NCBI GenBank assembly: GCA_051294375.1
Contig: CM119270.1
Location: 16,430,165 to 16,494,164, forward strand
Length of the DNA: 64,000 bases
Direction: 5' to 3'
Origin: Paraspadella gotoi
Lineage: Eukaryota > Animalia > Chaetognatha
Below, one piece after another: positions 37,930-50,404 of this stretch (position 1 is the first letter of the stretch; every line of letters begins with the position of its first letter). A program made the position numbers and the translations under genes. The notes below the pieces were generated by a model, which saw nothing but the letters and a program-made list of their open reading frames with translations, was not told the DNA's origin and ran no database searches.

Positions 37930-38288
37930 TTGTTCCACGGATAGCACCCCAAACACTCCCCAGTCCCACAGGACCTCAATGTGACAGAAAGATCGGCTAG
38001 CAACACCACCCGCCACCCAAAACCACCGCCGCTTGCCCCCAACCCCTCACCCCCCATCGCTAACAAGTGATGCTCATCCGTCGCGCGAGATTAAAAGTGT
38101 CCCTCACTTATCACGAAAATTATGGAAAATCGTCGGCGGCGAGAAAGGAGGGGAAAAAACTAAGAGGAAGAGAATAAAAAGAGAAGGAGAGAGAGAGAGA
38201 GAGAGAGAGAGACGAGTATGAATGAGAGAGAGAGAGAGAGAGGGAGATTTAGAGATGAGATTGAAGGATGGGAAGGGAGGGAGAGAGA

Positions 38289-38320
<32 letters not shown>

Positions 38321-39214
38321 GGGACGGGAGAGAGAGAGACGATGACGAGCGAGAGAAAAAAGCAGAGGACGTGACAGAAGAGGACCGACGATCCGGAGAG
38401 AGAGAGATGAGGGGCGAGGGAAGAGAAGAGAATAAAAGAGAGAGAGAGAGGAGAGTTCCTCCTGAAAAAAGGACGGATTGTTGTTTTGAAACGCAAGTCA
38501 ATCAATCAAAAAAGATAAAGGACTTCGACTGTGAAATAATTCAAGAACTTTAATATAATAGTAAAGTAAAATTCATGGACTTGATAGTAGAGAGGAGGGT
38601 GAAAAAAAGAGCCGTGAGAGTTGATGATATTTTCTTTGTTATTCAGTGTCCTACTAAGCTCTAGGTGATAAGGCTAGTAAGAAGTCGGTCATGGCTCGAG
38701 AGAGAGACGAAGGCCCACGAGTGGTAGATATTTTTTGCACGAGTGGCATACCCCTTACTAAAGCTCTTATAGTGCACGCTTCCCTCACTCTGATCAGCGG
38801 TCGTCCCCGCGACAAGACGGCAACCCAGTCTTTCTCCGTTTCTTGGATTGGAGGGCCTACTCTAGGGTGGCGCGNNNNNNNNNNNNNNNNNNNNNNNNNT
38901 CTTTTCTTTGTTTATTGACATTTCTGTTCTTCTTCTCTCCAGCTTCACACTCACTTACTTCTTCCTCACCTCACATCATCACCTTCTCACCCTCCCTCTC
39001 TCTTCCCTCTCACTCCCTCCCAACTTTTATGAGCCGCGGATACGAAACAAATTCAATTTCTTGATTAAATCAACTTTTTTTCGGGAATATTGAAGGAAAG
39101 AAAAAAAAAGGATAAAAAAAAAAGAAAAGAAAAAAAAGGGAGAATAGAATAGTAGCCTCGAGACTCTTAGGGCGTTAAATTTATTTTTAACCAAAATTAG
39201 AGTATTGCCATGCG

Positions 39215-39466
39215 ACCCGTGATGCCGCTTCCGCCTTCCCGCGGTTTTCCCCGCCGCTTCCGCGCTTTCCGGCCGTTCGCCCCGCTTCCGCCGCATCCGC
39301 CGCCACAGTCACCCCCCCCTCGCTTGGCTTCCGGTTCCCTCGACGCCAACAAAAGCTTCGCTTCATAAACTCACCTACGAAAACCTTCGTCTAAACTTTT
39401 CGTTTCCCTGTGGCGACCTCACCGCCCTCGGTGCGAGGCGCCGCCATTTTCCGTCACACCTACCTC
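39215..39466 (-). promoter_or_regulatory. CpG-rich gene start with candidate first coding exon 39447-39423 (MAAPRTEG)
   Basis: Minus strand AAAATGGCGGCG (YY1-like motif over an ATG) followed by GTGAGG donor; several (C/G)CGGAAG ETS-like motifs. Downstream exons not identified. Confidence 0.35.
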
Positions 39467-39984
39467 CNNNNNNNNNNNNNNNNNNNNNNNNNNNNNNNNN
39501 NNNNNNNNNNNNNNNNNNNNNNNNNNNNNNNNNNNNNNNNNNNNNNNNNNNNNNNNNNNNNNNNNNNNNNNNNNNNNNNNNNNNNNNNNNNNNNNNNNNN
39601 NNNNNNNNNNNNNNNNNNNNNNNNNNNNNNNTTTTTTTCTTTTTTTTTCCTTTTTTTTTAAATCTCATTTGCATTTTTCAGATTTGTTTACTTCTCGTTT
39701 TCGTTCGGGACCCGAAAATAAAAAAAATTCTTCTTCCTCTTCTCTCTTTTTCGTTTCTTTCGTCGCTTTTTCCTTCTTTCTCTCTTCTCTTCGAATCTTT
39801 TTATTTTTATTCGATTTTATTTTATTTTACTTTTTTGCACTTATTATTTTCTTGCCACTAATTTTTTTCTTTTCTTTTACTCCTTTTTTCCTTCACTCTT
39901 TTATCCCTTCTGTCTCTATACCCGTTGCCCTTTGTTTACTTTTCTTCTCTTCATTCCTCTAAATACTCGCTCAACCTCTGCCTC

Positions 39985-40200
39985 TATTTCCCCTCTCTTT
40001 TTCCTCTCTTTCCTCTCCCCTCTCTTTTTCCTCTCTTTCCTCTCCCCTCTCTTTTTCCTCTCTTTCCTCTCCCCTCTCTTTTTCCTCTCTTTCCTCTCAC
40101 CTCTCTTTTCCTCTCTTTCCTCTCCTTTCTCTTTTTCCTCTCTTTTTCCTCTCTTTCCTCTCCACTCTCTTTTTCCTCTCTTCCCTCTCCCCTCTCTTTC
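39985..40200. repeat. 27-bp pyrimidine minisatellite
   Basis: CCCTCTCTTTTTCCTCTCTTTCCTCTC repeated about 4 times, then decaying. Confidence 0.85.
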
Positions 40201-40419
40201 TCTCCCCCTCTCCTTCGTCCCAATAAAAGAAGGAATCATCACCAGAAAGAATCGACGGAGAAAAAAAAGGAACCAAATTTTTATAAGATTTTTTTTTCTT
40301 TTCAATTTACTTTTTTCCTTTTTTTTTCTTTTTTTTTCCATTTTGTTTCATTTTTTAGGGGAATTGAATTTGTTTCTGTTGTTCCTTTGGTTTTGTTTTC
40401 TTTAGTTTTTAATGCTCTT

Positions 40420-40423
40420 TTCT

Positions 40424-40502
<79 letters not shown>

Positions 40503-40540
40503 CTCTTTCTTTCTTTCTTTCTATCTTTCTTTCTTTCTTT
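40420..40540. repeat. (CTTT)n microsatellite
   Basis: Direct run. Confidence 0.9.
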
Positions 40541-40654
40541 CTTCTCGTTTTCCTCTTTAATTTCTCTCTTTCTTTCATCTTCATCTCTTTCTGTCTCTCT
40601 TGTTTTTGTATCAAGTCTCCGTTCCCGACGACTCCAAGCCGGCCAACAATTTTT

Positions 40655-40795
40655 CGTATGGCGGCGTCACGTGACCTTCTCCGCCAGCCGGCCAATCGAC
40701 GGTGCCGACGACGACGACGACGACGACGACGCGCGTGTGGCGGATCGGTCGTGCGTGCGAATGGAATCCTGGCGCGTGTAGAGTCGCACGCGCGC
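40655..40795. promoter_or_regulatory. Housekeeping-type promoter motif cluster
   Basis: ATGGCGGC (YY1-like), perfect GTCACGTGAC (USF/CLEAR), GCCAATC (NF-Y) and CGCACGCGCG (NRF1-like) within 140 bp. Confidence 0.45.
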
Positions 40796-41919
40796 NNNNN
40801 NNNNNNNNNNNNNNNNNNNNNNNNNNNNNNNNNNNNNNNNNNNNNNNNNNNNNNNNNNNNNNNNNNNNNNNNNNNNNNNNNNNNNNNNNNNNNNNNNNNN
40901 NNNNNNNNNNNNNNNNNNNNNNNNNNNNNNNNNNNNNNNNNNNNNNNNNNNNNNNNNNNNNNNNNNNNNNNNNNNNNNNNNNNNNNNNNNNNNNNNNNNN
41001 NNNNNNNNNNNNNNNNNNNNNNNNNNAGAGAGAGAGAGAGAAGAGGAAGAGAGGAAAGCTTTTTTCTCTCACTTTCTCCTTCGCGATTTCCTTTTTTTCC
41101 AATTTTTTTTTCTCTTCCAAAAAAAACCCAAAACTGTGCGAACATCGACGGAACAAAATAATTAAACCACGTCACATATAAGTTTATTGTAAACGTATAA
41201 TAAAACATCCAAACGTTATGATGTTTGAAACGAATGAGTTTAATACTCATCAACGCCAAGAGTGAAGACCCCAAGTTTAAGATCAAAACGTCTGTCGCTT
41301 AAAATCAACGAAGAAAATGAACAACAATGTTATTTCTCTTTTTTTTTCCGCCGTTATTGTGCGTCAAAACGAATTCGAAAGTTTGGCCTTTCTCGGTTTT
41401 AACGAGAAAATTTTTTCTCGATTATCNNNNNNNNNNCATCTCGATTAAATCCGCTCAAAGTCTTTTACTTCGACGATTTTCGCTGTTTCTTCGTCACCGT
41501 TAGATTCGTGAAATTCGTGAAATTCGTCGCCGTGAAATTCGTATTCACCCGACCTTTTCACCTTCGGACGTGAAAGGTCACTTCATCTTTTTACTTACCT
41601 CCAGTAGCGATATTAAAAGTCTTGACATCTATCTTTGAATCGACGAAGTCAAAGCTTTTCGTCTTCAGGTTCTTTTCCACATCAACCTTCTTCCTCGTCG
41701 GTTTTTTTTCCCGTCAATCGCTTATTTATTCTAAACAACATACATCCTAACTTTCACATCCAACTGTTCATACTATAACATCGACGACTAATTCAACTTC
41801 ACAACAGCCTCGCCCCTCCACTAGTTCGTCCATCATTCATTCGAGCCGACGTCAAAACCACCAAGAAAATCAATTGCCACCACAAATCACATCACTCTTA
41901 TCACGCCAACCTTCTCCCA

Positions 41920-41993
<74 letters not shown>

Positions 41994-42153
41994 TTCACCC
42001 CTTCAACCTCAAACCCCCACCCCTCTCTTCCCAACCAAATGTTTTCCTTTCCTAAAAATCTGGTTCCGCCCACCGCATTCAAATCCATTCATCGCTGTTT
42101 TCAACGATTATGTGAGAAGCGAAGTTCCTTTTTTTTTCCGAGAAATTTGGCCG

Positions 42154-42189
<36 letters not shown>

Positions 42190-42814
42190 GTCTCTGTCGA
42201 CGTTGTCGTTGTCGTTGTCGTCGTTTTGTCGTCATAAAAATTGCATACGTCTTTTTCTTGATTGCAGTCTCTTTTATCGTCGAAAAATAATGGCTACTTT
42301 TTTGGCTTGTAAAGTTATTATGAAATTTGTACAACCAATTTAAAAATTATCCATTAATTTAATAAATAAGCTATCTTGCCACTGACTTTGGATAGGATTT
42401 AGTGGTTTAAGGCCTCCATCACTCTTACAAGATAATGACATAGCAGGTCCCTGAAAGCTTTCAATCAGGACTCTCTCACATTCTCGTCTATTTACTCCCA
42501 GAGTATAATATTTCAAAGAATGTTTCAATTGTGTGAAAAGACCACTCCCTTAAGTATTAGATAGGCGAATACTATATTGTACTCCGCACTAGCATCAAAA
42601 TATTATATATTATTAAATATATATTATTTTATTCTATCTGTTTGACCACTTTCGTGATCACGCTTTATGCTTTCATTTATTTATGACCGTCACCATGGTT
42701 TTTTTAGTTTGATCTGGATTTTCATTTTTATTTTCATTCCAAATTGTTAGTCACTTTGATTGTTTTAGTCTTTTTCGCTTTTTTTCATGTGACTTTATCA
42801 TTGTTTCCATTTTC

Positions 42815-43680
42815 CTTTGCTTTCATTATCATCTAGTTCCCTCTTTCTTCCCATCTTTCTTTTGCTTGCTTATCCATCTGAGTTTCTCTTTGTTACCATC
42901 TTTCGTTGCTTGCTTATCCATATTAGTTTCTCTTTCTTCCCATCTTTCTTTTGCTTGCTTATCCATCTGATTTCTCTTTGTTGCCATCTTTCGTTGCTTG
43001 CTTATCCATCTGACTTTTCTCTTGTTACATCTTTCTTGCTTGCTTATCCATTTAGTTTCTCTTTTTCCATCTTTCTTTGCTGCTTATCCATCTAGTTTCT
43101 CTTGTTACCATCTTTTCGTGTTGCTTATTCATATTAGTTTCTCTTCTTCCCATCTTTCTTTTGCTTGCTTATCCATCTGAGTTTCTCTTTGTTGCCATCT
43201 TTCGTTGCTTGCTTATCCATCTGGTTTTCTCTTTGTTACCATCTTTCTTGCTTGCTTATCCATATTAGTTTCTCTTTCTTCCCATCTTTCTTTAGCTTGC
43301 TTATCCATCTGAGTTTCTCTTTTGTTGCCATCTTTCCGTTGCTTGCTTATCCATCTATTTTATCTTTGTTACCATCTTTCTTTTGCTTGCTTATCCATCT
43401 TAGTTTCTCTTTGTTTCCATCTTTCTTTGCTTGCTTATCCATCTTAGTTTCTCTTTCTTCCCATCTTTCTTTTGCTTGCTTATCCATCTGAATTTCTCTT
43501 TGTTGCCATCTTTCGTTGCTTACTTATCCATCTTAGTTTCTCTTTCTTCCCATCTTTCTTTTGCTTGCTTATCCATCTTAGTTTCTTTTTCTTTCCATCT
43601 TTCTCCGCTTGCTTTTCCATCTGACTTTCTCTTTGTTTCCATCCATCTTTGCTTGCATCTTCATCTGGTTTCGTCTTCGA
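42815..43680. repeat. ~44-bp minisatellite, about 19-20 copies
   Basis: Unit GCTTGCTTATCCATCTGAGTTTCTCTTTGTTACCATCTTTCGTT, starts at 42864, 42908, 42953 and so on. Confidence 0.93.
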
Positions 43681-46654
43681 GAGAACCCATCTTTCTTTGG
43701 TTCCATCACGGTTTGGGTAATTATGCCTCGTCGCGGTTAGTTACCTTTTCTTCGGCGAAGAACTAAGAGTAGGAGAAAGGGGAACTGCCTTTCGATGCCA
43801 AAATACATGACGCTTCATTTTCTCTCTTTTTCCCGTTGTTATCGTGGTTTTTTGTGTTTTTTTTGTGTTTTTTTGTTGTTTTTTTTTCTAATTCTTTTTT
43901 TTTCATCCGTCTTTAATGACTTTTTTCTAATTTTTAAATGTTCTGATCTTTCGTTCTCATATTTATGTCTTGTATGTAATACGTGTGTAAAAAGTGAAAA
44001 GGTGAAAACGGTTTTGACGAGACTGACGACGATGACAACGACGACAATTACGACACCGAGAACGACAATGATGACACTGCCGTCTAGACTGACGATGCCG
44101 ACTACATTGTCAACCCGACTTTATTGACAAATAGTTTACTACGAACTACAAGACAAAGCACGAAATGAGAGGCGTTGCCACAACCAAGGGCTTAAGCCCG
44201 TAAACACGTTCCCATATTCGGAATAACGGCATCGATTACCAATTTGATAAAGATCGTAGAAAAAAAAAAGAATTTGCTTGGATTTTAGAGTTTAGACATC
44301 ACGAGGTCGACGACAACAATTTTCGTAACCAAAAATCATATGTTAAATTATGGTAATCTCCATGACGACGACGACGACGGAAAAGCCGACGATGAAGACG
44401 ACGACCACAATATTGACAAGGAATTCCAATACCGACAAAAACCAATAGAAGCGATGATGCATTCGCAAACGACGACGACAACAACCAACAACAACAACAA
44501 CAACAAGGCCCCTCGATCATCGCTCCTCTCTTCTCTCTAATGAATTTATGTATCGATGAAAAGAGAAGAAGAGGAGGAAAAAAATTCATTTCATTCATCG
44601 AATTCGATTTGATTCATTGATTTTTTAATTGGGTGAATCCCGATGCGGTCGAGGCGCCTCTTCTTCCTCTTCTTCCTCTTCTTCTTCCTCTTCCTTCTCC
44701 TCTTCCTCCTCAATTTGCTCGTCCCTTTTCTGGCCACAATTTCTCCATTCACAGTGATGCCTTTGTTAAATCATAAGTTCTTTGCATATTTCGTATGCAT
44801 TCAGTCATTCATTTGATCATTCATTCTTTTATTCATTTATTCATTCATTCATTCATTCATTCATTCATTCATTCATTGTTTCATTCATTAAGTTAAATCC
44901 AAAACAGATACGGGACAACAGTCCATTTCTTTGCTTTATTTTTAAATAGTTTTTTTTTTTCCTCCCTTTTTTTTTCTCTCTTGATATTCCTTGGTCAGTG
45001 CGAAAAATATTCTAAAAGATTCAAAAAGATTTTACTTTTCACGGATTCCAAGGATCTCATTCACTACCGTCTCCAACAGCTGACACCCACAACTACCACC
45101 ACAGCACCCAGTCAACACATCACTATCACCCACCCAACTCCCCCACTCCGTTCCACCCAACTTACCACCCTTTTTACCCACCACCCTCCCCGTTCCACCC
45201 CACTGATCTACTTCTCGTCATCACCCCAATGATTGACGTTTCCCTCTTCTTCTTCAATTAAAGCGATGAGGCAATTTATGCCTTTATTTTCCAAGGAGGA
45301 GGAGGAGGAGGAGGAGGAGGAGGAGGAGGAGAAAAAAAGAAAAGAAAAAAGAAAAAAAGGTTGAAATAGTTTTAAAACCGAGAGCACATAGCGTGTTTAC
45401 TACAATAAGGATAATTATTAAGAAAATAATTTAAAAACAAGGAAAGAAAATGTCAAAAGTATTCATTTAAACTCAAAAGTTGAAGAAGAGAGAGAAAATG
45501 AGGATTAAAGAAAAAGAGGCGAAAGTAGGAGAGAAGAAAGAAGGTGAGAAGGAAAGAAAAGAAAGTGAAGCCGGAGGCGAAGTAATTGGGAGGAAGTCGG
45601 AGAATGGAGGTCAAGGAGAAAGAAAAGTGGAGAAAGAAAAGTGGAGGAAGAGAGGAAGAGAGGAAAGAGGGAGGGGAAATTAGGAACAGTCAAATGAACC
45701 GAGTTGAAAGAGGGAGGAAAAGGAGAGAAAATACGGAAAAAGGATAAGGAGAAAGAAAAGAGTGAGGTGAGAAACATTTGAGCTCGAAAAGGATAAATCG
45801 TAGACGAAAGGTTTTCGTGATTTTTTTTAATTAACGAAGATTTGCATATTAGAGTTCAAAAATATTCGGAATTTTTTTCAGGAATTCATGGATGTGATTG
45901 TGATATACTCTCAAACTTTTTTTACTTATTAACTGCTGTTATTTTTTAGTTATACAAAATAAAATGTTACTGATTGAACGTTATTGTAGTTTTCTATTTC
46001 AACATATGTACCTTTTTCAACGGAATTTATATTTTAGGCACTTGGACGCTGAATCATCCCCTTTGTCGTTCTCTTCATCTTTTTAATTCTTTTTTACGTT
46101 TCTTTCGTTTCTTTCCTTTCTCCAATTTTACTTTCCTCCCTCCCTCCTTTTTTTCTTTCGTTCCTTTCCTTTCTCCAATTTTACTTTCCTACCTCCCTCC
46201 TTTTTTTCTTTCCTCCTTTCCTCCCCATCACTTTCCTTCCTCCCTCCTTTTTTTCTTTCCTTTCTCCAATTTTACTTTCCTCCCTCCCTCCTTTTTTTCT
46301 TTCCTCCTTTCTTCCCAATCACTTTCCTCCATGCGTCCATCGAACGGCCCCGCCGACTCGGCCCTCCCATCGCCTTACATCGGCCCAGCCAATAATTCAC
46401 GCCGAATTACGTATCATATCCCGCGTATCACATCCCGCGTTACGCACCATAATTCGAACCATGAATGGCGGGCGAGGAATTGGCCGACGAGTCGCGCGGT
46501 TTTCGCCGCCAAAGTTGGGATCTGAGTCGATGAAATGTGGTCGACTACCATAGGTGATGTTGCATACCAGCTTGACTTATCTGACATACTTAACAGAGAA
46601 AATTTACGGAACTGTCAGCGGACATGCGTTGCCGACAGAACTAGAATGTGAGAG

Positions 46655-46721
<67 letters not shown>

Positions 46722-46791
46722 AGAGGAGAGAGAGAAGCTGCAGGAGGATGGAATCGCGGTCAGAATTTGAAGAGGTTCGAAATCAAGGAAG

Positions 46792-46822
<31 letters not shown>

Positions 46823-47167
46823 AAAAGATTTATTTTTTGTATATATTTTTATTATCCTTACTAATTATTTCTTCGCTGTTTAATTATTTCATTTCTTAAC
46901 CTTTCTATTTGACTTCTCTTTTTTCTGTTCCTCTCTTCCCTCTTCTCTCTCCTCTGGGCATGAGCGAATTAGAGTATCGGTTTTTCTTGTCTTCGTCTGC
47001 TTAAGAAACGAAGTGAAAGAAACTTTGCTCGTCGGTCTCTGGACGTCTCGACATGAAAAGCAGGAAAGACAGGGAAAAAGAGAAAAAACATCGAATGCTA
47101 GGAATAGGTCAAAAGCAGGGGAATTTACTTAAACACGCTAAGGAATGCCATTGGAGACCTGGTAGTC

Positions 47168-47355
47168 GGGCATAGCAACAGGTTCACGCCGCCTATAAGC
47201 ATAACATTTTCAGTCGTGACCCACGTCCCACGGGCTCGTTGAATACGAAAACGGAAACTCTCAAGCCTGGTTCCAAGTCCAGGACCCGTTTCATGGCTGC
47301 TAGAGGGGGTTAAAGAAGTTGCAGATAGCCCACTTAGCGCCTTATCCACAGCCAT
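47168..47355 (-). mobile_element. Second copy of the repeat at 15226-15446
   Basis: Reverse complement aligns over two blocks separated by a variable segment. Confidence 0.75.
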
Positions 47356-49899
47356 GTTAATGTCTAATGATATCATTGGATTAAATTAGATTAGGTTGTC
47401 CCATTAATGAAAGAATTAATACTATCTTTTGACTTAATAATCTTACGTCAATATCACCGCTATGAATATGTTTTACACACAAATACTCTCTCTCTCTCTT
47501 CTCTCTCTCTCTATCTCTCTCTCTCTCTCATCTCCTCTCTCTCTCTCTCATCTCTCTCTCTCTCTCTCTGCTAGATCTCTCTCACGGCTCTTCTTCTTTC
47601 GGTGCTCTCTACTTTCCTCGCCCAGCGGCATACCTCGTTCTGTCTCGCTCTCAGTCATCCACGACGTCTGTCAAGCGCGATCCGTCAAGATCGCCCGACG
47701 TGCGCTCGTTTGATGTCGTTGCGCCCAAGACGTGCGCTCATTCGAAGTCTCGGGCGCACGTGAAGACATGGAGCGCTCCGTTGACACGTGGCGCCTTCGA
47801 CGCCGAGGGAATACGAGCGTCTCTGTCTCACGCGCGCCGTCTCTACGTGGACGACGCCGTTCGGTCACTGATAGAGACGGCATTGGGGCGACTTTTTCGA
47901 TTATTTCAAAAATGAAATTGTTTGGGACTTGGCCCTTCATATAATCACTGATCAGTGATCACGTATCAGTCGTCTTGAAGCTTCAGGGCTCCTATAAATG
48001 AATATACACAAACGCAAACGTTAATTCATCACTTTGATAAAAGATTTTATCAGGGGTGTACAAACTATTTTAAGCCCGCGTTTAATCATTAATAAAAAAA
48101 ACAGTTAAATCCGAGTTTATCAAAATTTAATCACATCCACCTAATGTCCGATGCGATTTCTTTTTTTTAATGAAGTTTTTTTTCATATTTCTTTACTTAC
48201 CGAAATTTTTTTCCCTTTTTAGAAGGCTTACCTTTTTAGGACTGCAATATTAAAATGAGATTAATAACCAATGATGGCTTAAAGATTCTATCTGTAGACG
48301 CGAAATACATGAATGCCTACAATACTGAGAAGCCTAAATTAAAATAATTGTCAACGTTATAACTATAGGACGTACGAATGTATAAACAAACCGACGGATG
48401 GTTCATGGTTATTGATGCAATCGGTAGTCGTGCGATGATCGCCCATGAAAGTACACGTCTCCTTCGGCAGAATTCAAATGGCAGAGAAAAGCGTCGTCGT
48501 CGTCGTTGTAGTCGTCGTCATCGTCGTCGTCTTCGCGGTTATGATCTTTTCTTCTTCCCTCAAAAATCTTTCTCACAAAATTGAAGATTCATCTCATTGT
48601 CTTCTTCCTTTCTGTTAATTCTTTCTTTTTTTTCATATTCACATTATGATGGTTTCATTAGTTCATTTATTTTTTTATTGTCGTATAATACTTACAAGAA
48701 TATTGGTCCTCGGCTTTGCATTCCTGGAGGTCATCGTCTACGCCGCCGTCGTCGTTGTCGTCGTCGTCTTCGTCGTCTTCGTTGTCGTCGTCGTCTTTGT
48801 CGTCGTCTTCGTTTTAGTCTTCTTTTCTTTTCTCATTCTTCTCATCAGAAACGCCTCCTCCATATTTTCGGTGCTCTTTACTATTTCTTCCGTGGAATAT
48901 TCTCATCATCTCTCTCTCTGAGAGAGAGAGGAGAGGAGAGAGGAGAACTGCACGAGAGNNNNNNNNNNNNNNNNNNNNNNNNNNNNNNNNNNNNNNNNNN
49001 NNNNNNNNNNNNNNNNNNNNNNNNNNNNNNNNNNNNNNNNNNNNNNNNNNNNNNNNNNNNNNNNNNNNNNNNNNNNNNNNNNNNNNCTTTCAAAATTCAC
49101 ACGCCGAACGTCTTTTTTTGTGATTCACGGCGTGAGTCTTCGCTTTCGTCACATTCACCGCATTCGGGGCGCCGTCTCCTCGCATTCACCAATTTGCGTT
49201 TCACTTCACGCATCTTTCTCTCTTTTTCTTTTCTTTCAGCCTTTTTTTCCTTTTTTTTCCTTCATTTTTATGTGAAGTTTACGCGGTTTCGGTTTTCAAT
49301 TCACGAATTCGGGTTTTCGCTCGAGTGAAAAGAAAATCGCGACGAAAACTTTTCTTTTCTTTTTTTTTTTTGTGACATTCTGAATCACGACGCCTTTATT
49401 TTTTCAAATCGTGATTCTTGAGACTCAAGTCACTCGTAAACACGGACCGACCGACCGACAGACCATCAGTAAAAAATTGAGGCGTAACCGAAATCGCAGA
49501 AGACCTAACCAAATGATAGCAATAACATCAAGTTATACCGAGCCCAATAAATAAACTTTAAAGTTTAATCTAAAAGTAAATAAATCTACTAAATGTTTTT
49601 CGGGGTCTAAACGATAATTTTAAAATTCATTCGCGCTTCTCTCTTTCCTCACTCCTCCTCCTCTTCCTCATCCACTCCCTCTCTCTCGCGCAATTTCCAC
49701 GTCGCACCTCAAATTATTTATTCTTTTTTTTTTCCTCAAAAAAATAAATTGGCGCGTTAATCAGATTTTTCTCCGATCACCCATCTCATCTCGAATTCCT
49801 CCCTCCTTCTCATCCTCCTGCTCTTCCTCCTCGGCTCCAACTAGCACGCGCTCCTCCTCGCCTCTCCTCTTGCGTTCCAAGGAGAGAGAGAGACAGGCG

Positions 49900-50305
49900 G
49901 AGGTTAGAGAGAGGGGAGAAGGGAGAAGAGAGAGAGAGAGGAGAGAGAGAGAGATGACGGACAGAGAGAGAGAGATAGAGAGAGAGAGAAGAGATGACGG
50001 AAGAGGACAGGAGAGAGGAGAGAGAGAGATGAGGAGACGAAGAGAGACGAGGAGAGGAGAGTTCATGGTTGCTACGTTTGCCGTCCGATTCCATCCTTCG
50101 CTCATTACAATTTTTCCGCTTCTCTCGCTCTCCGTCCCTCCTCCTCCTCCTCTCCCCCGGCGATTATAAAATACCGTTCCTCCGCGGCTCACGTGCGCTT
50201 CCCGTTTCCGCCGGACGAGGGCGTGATCTCCGTTCTCGACACGCGCTCGCCCGCGCTCGACGTCCGCCCGCGCGTCGCCCGGGGTTTTTTTTCTCTCGGC
50301 ACGCG

Positions 50306-50341
<36 letters not shown>

Positions 50342-50354
50342 TCTCTCTCTCTCT

Positions 50355-50404
<50 letters not shown>

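Noticed and set aside
42815-43680. CRISPR-like periodicity
   Set aside because: Whole units repeat with no unique spacers, there are no cas genes, and the context is eukaryotic.
47168-47355. Possible HDV-like or twister ribozyme in the dispersed repeat
   Set aside because: The P1-like pairing GGCTGT/GCAGCC is not conserved in the 15226 copy, and the P1.1 and catalytic cores cannot be placed.
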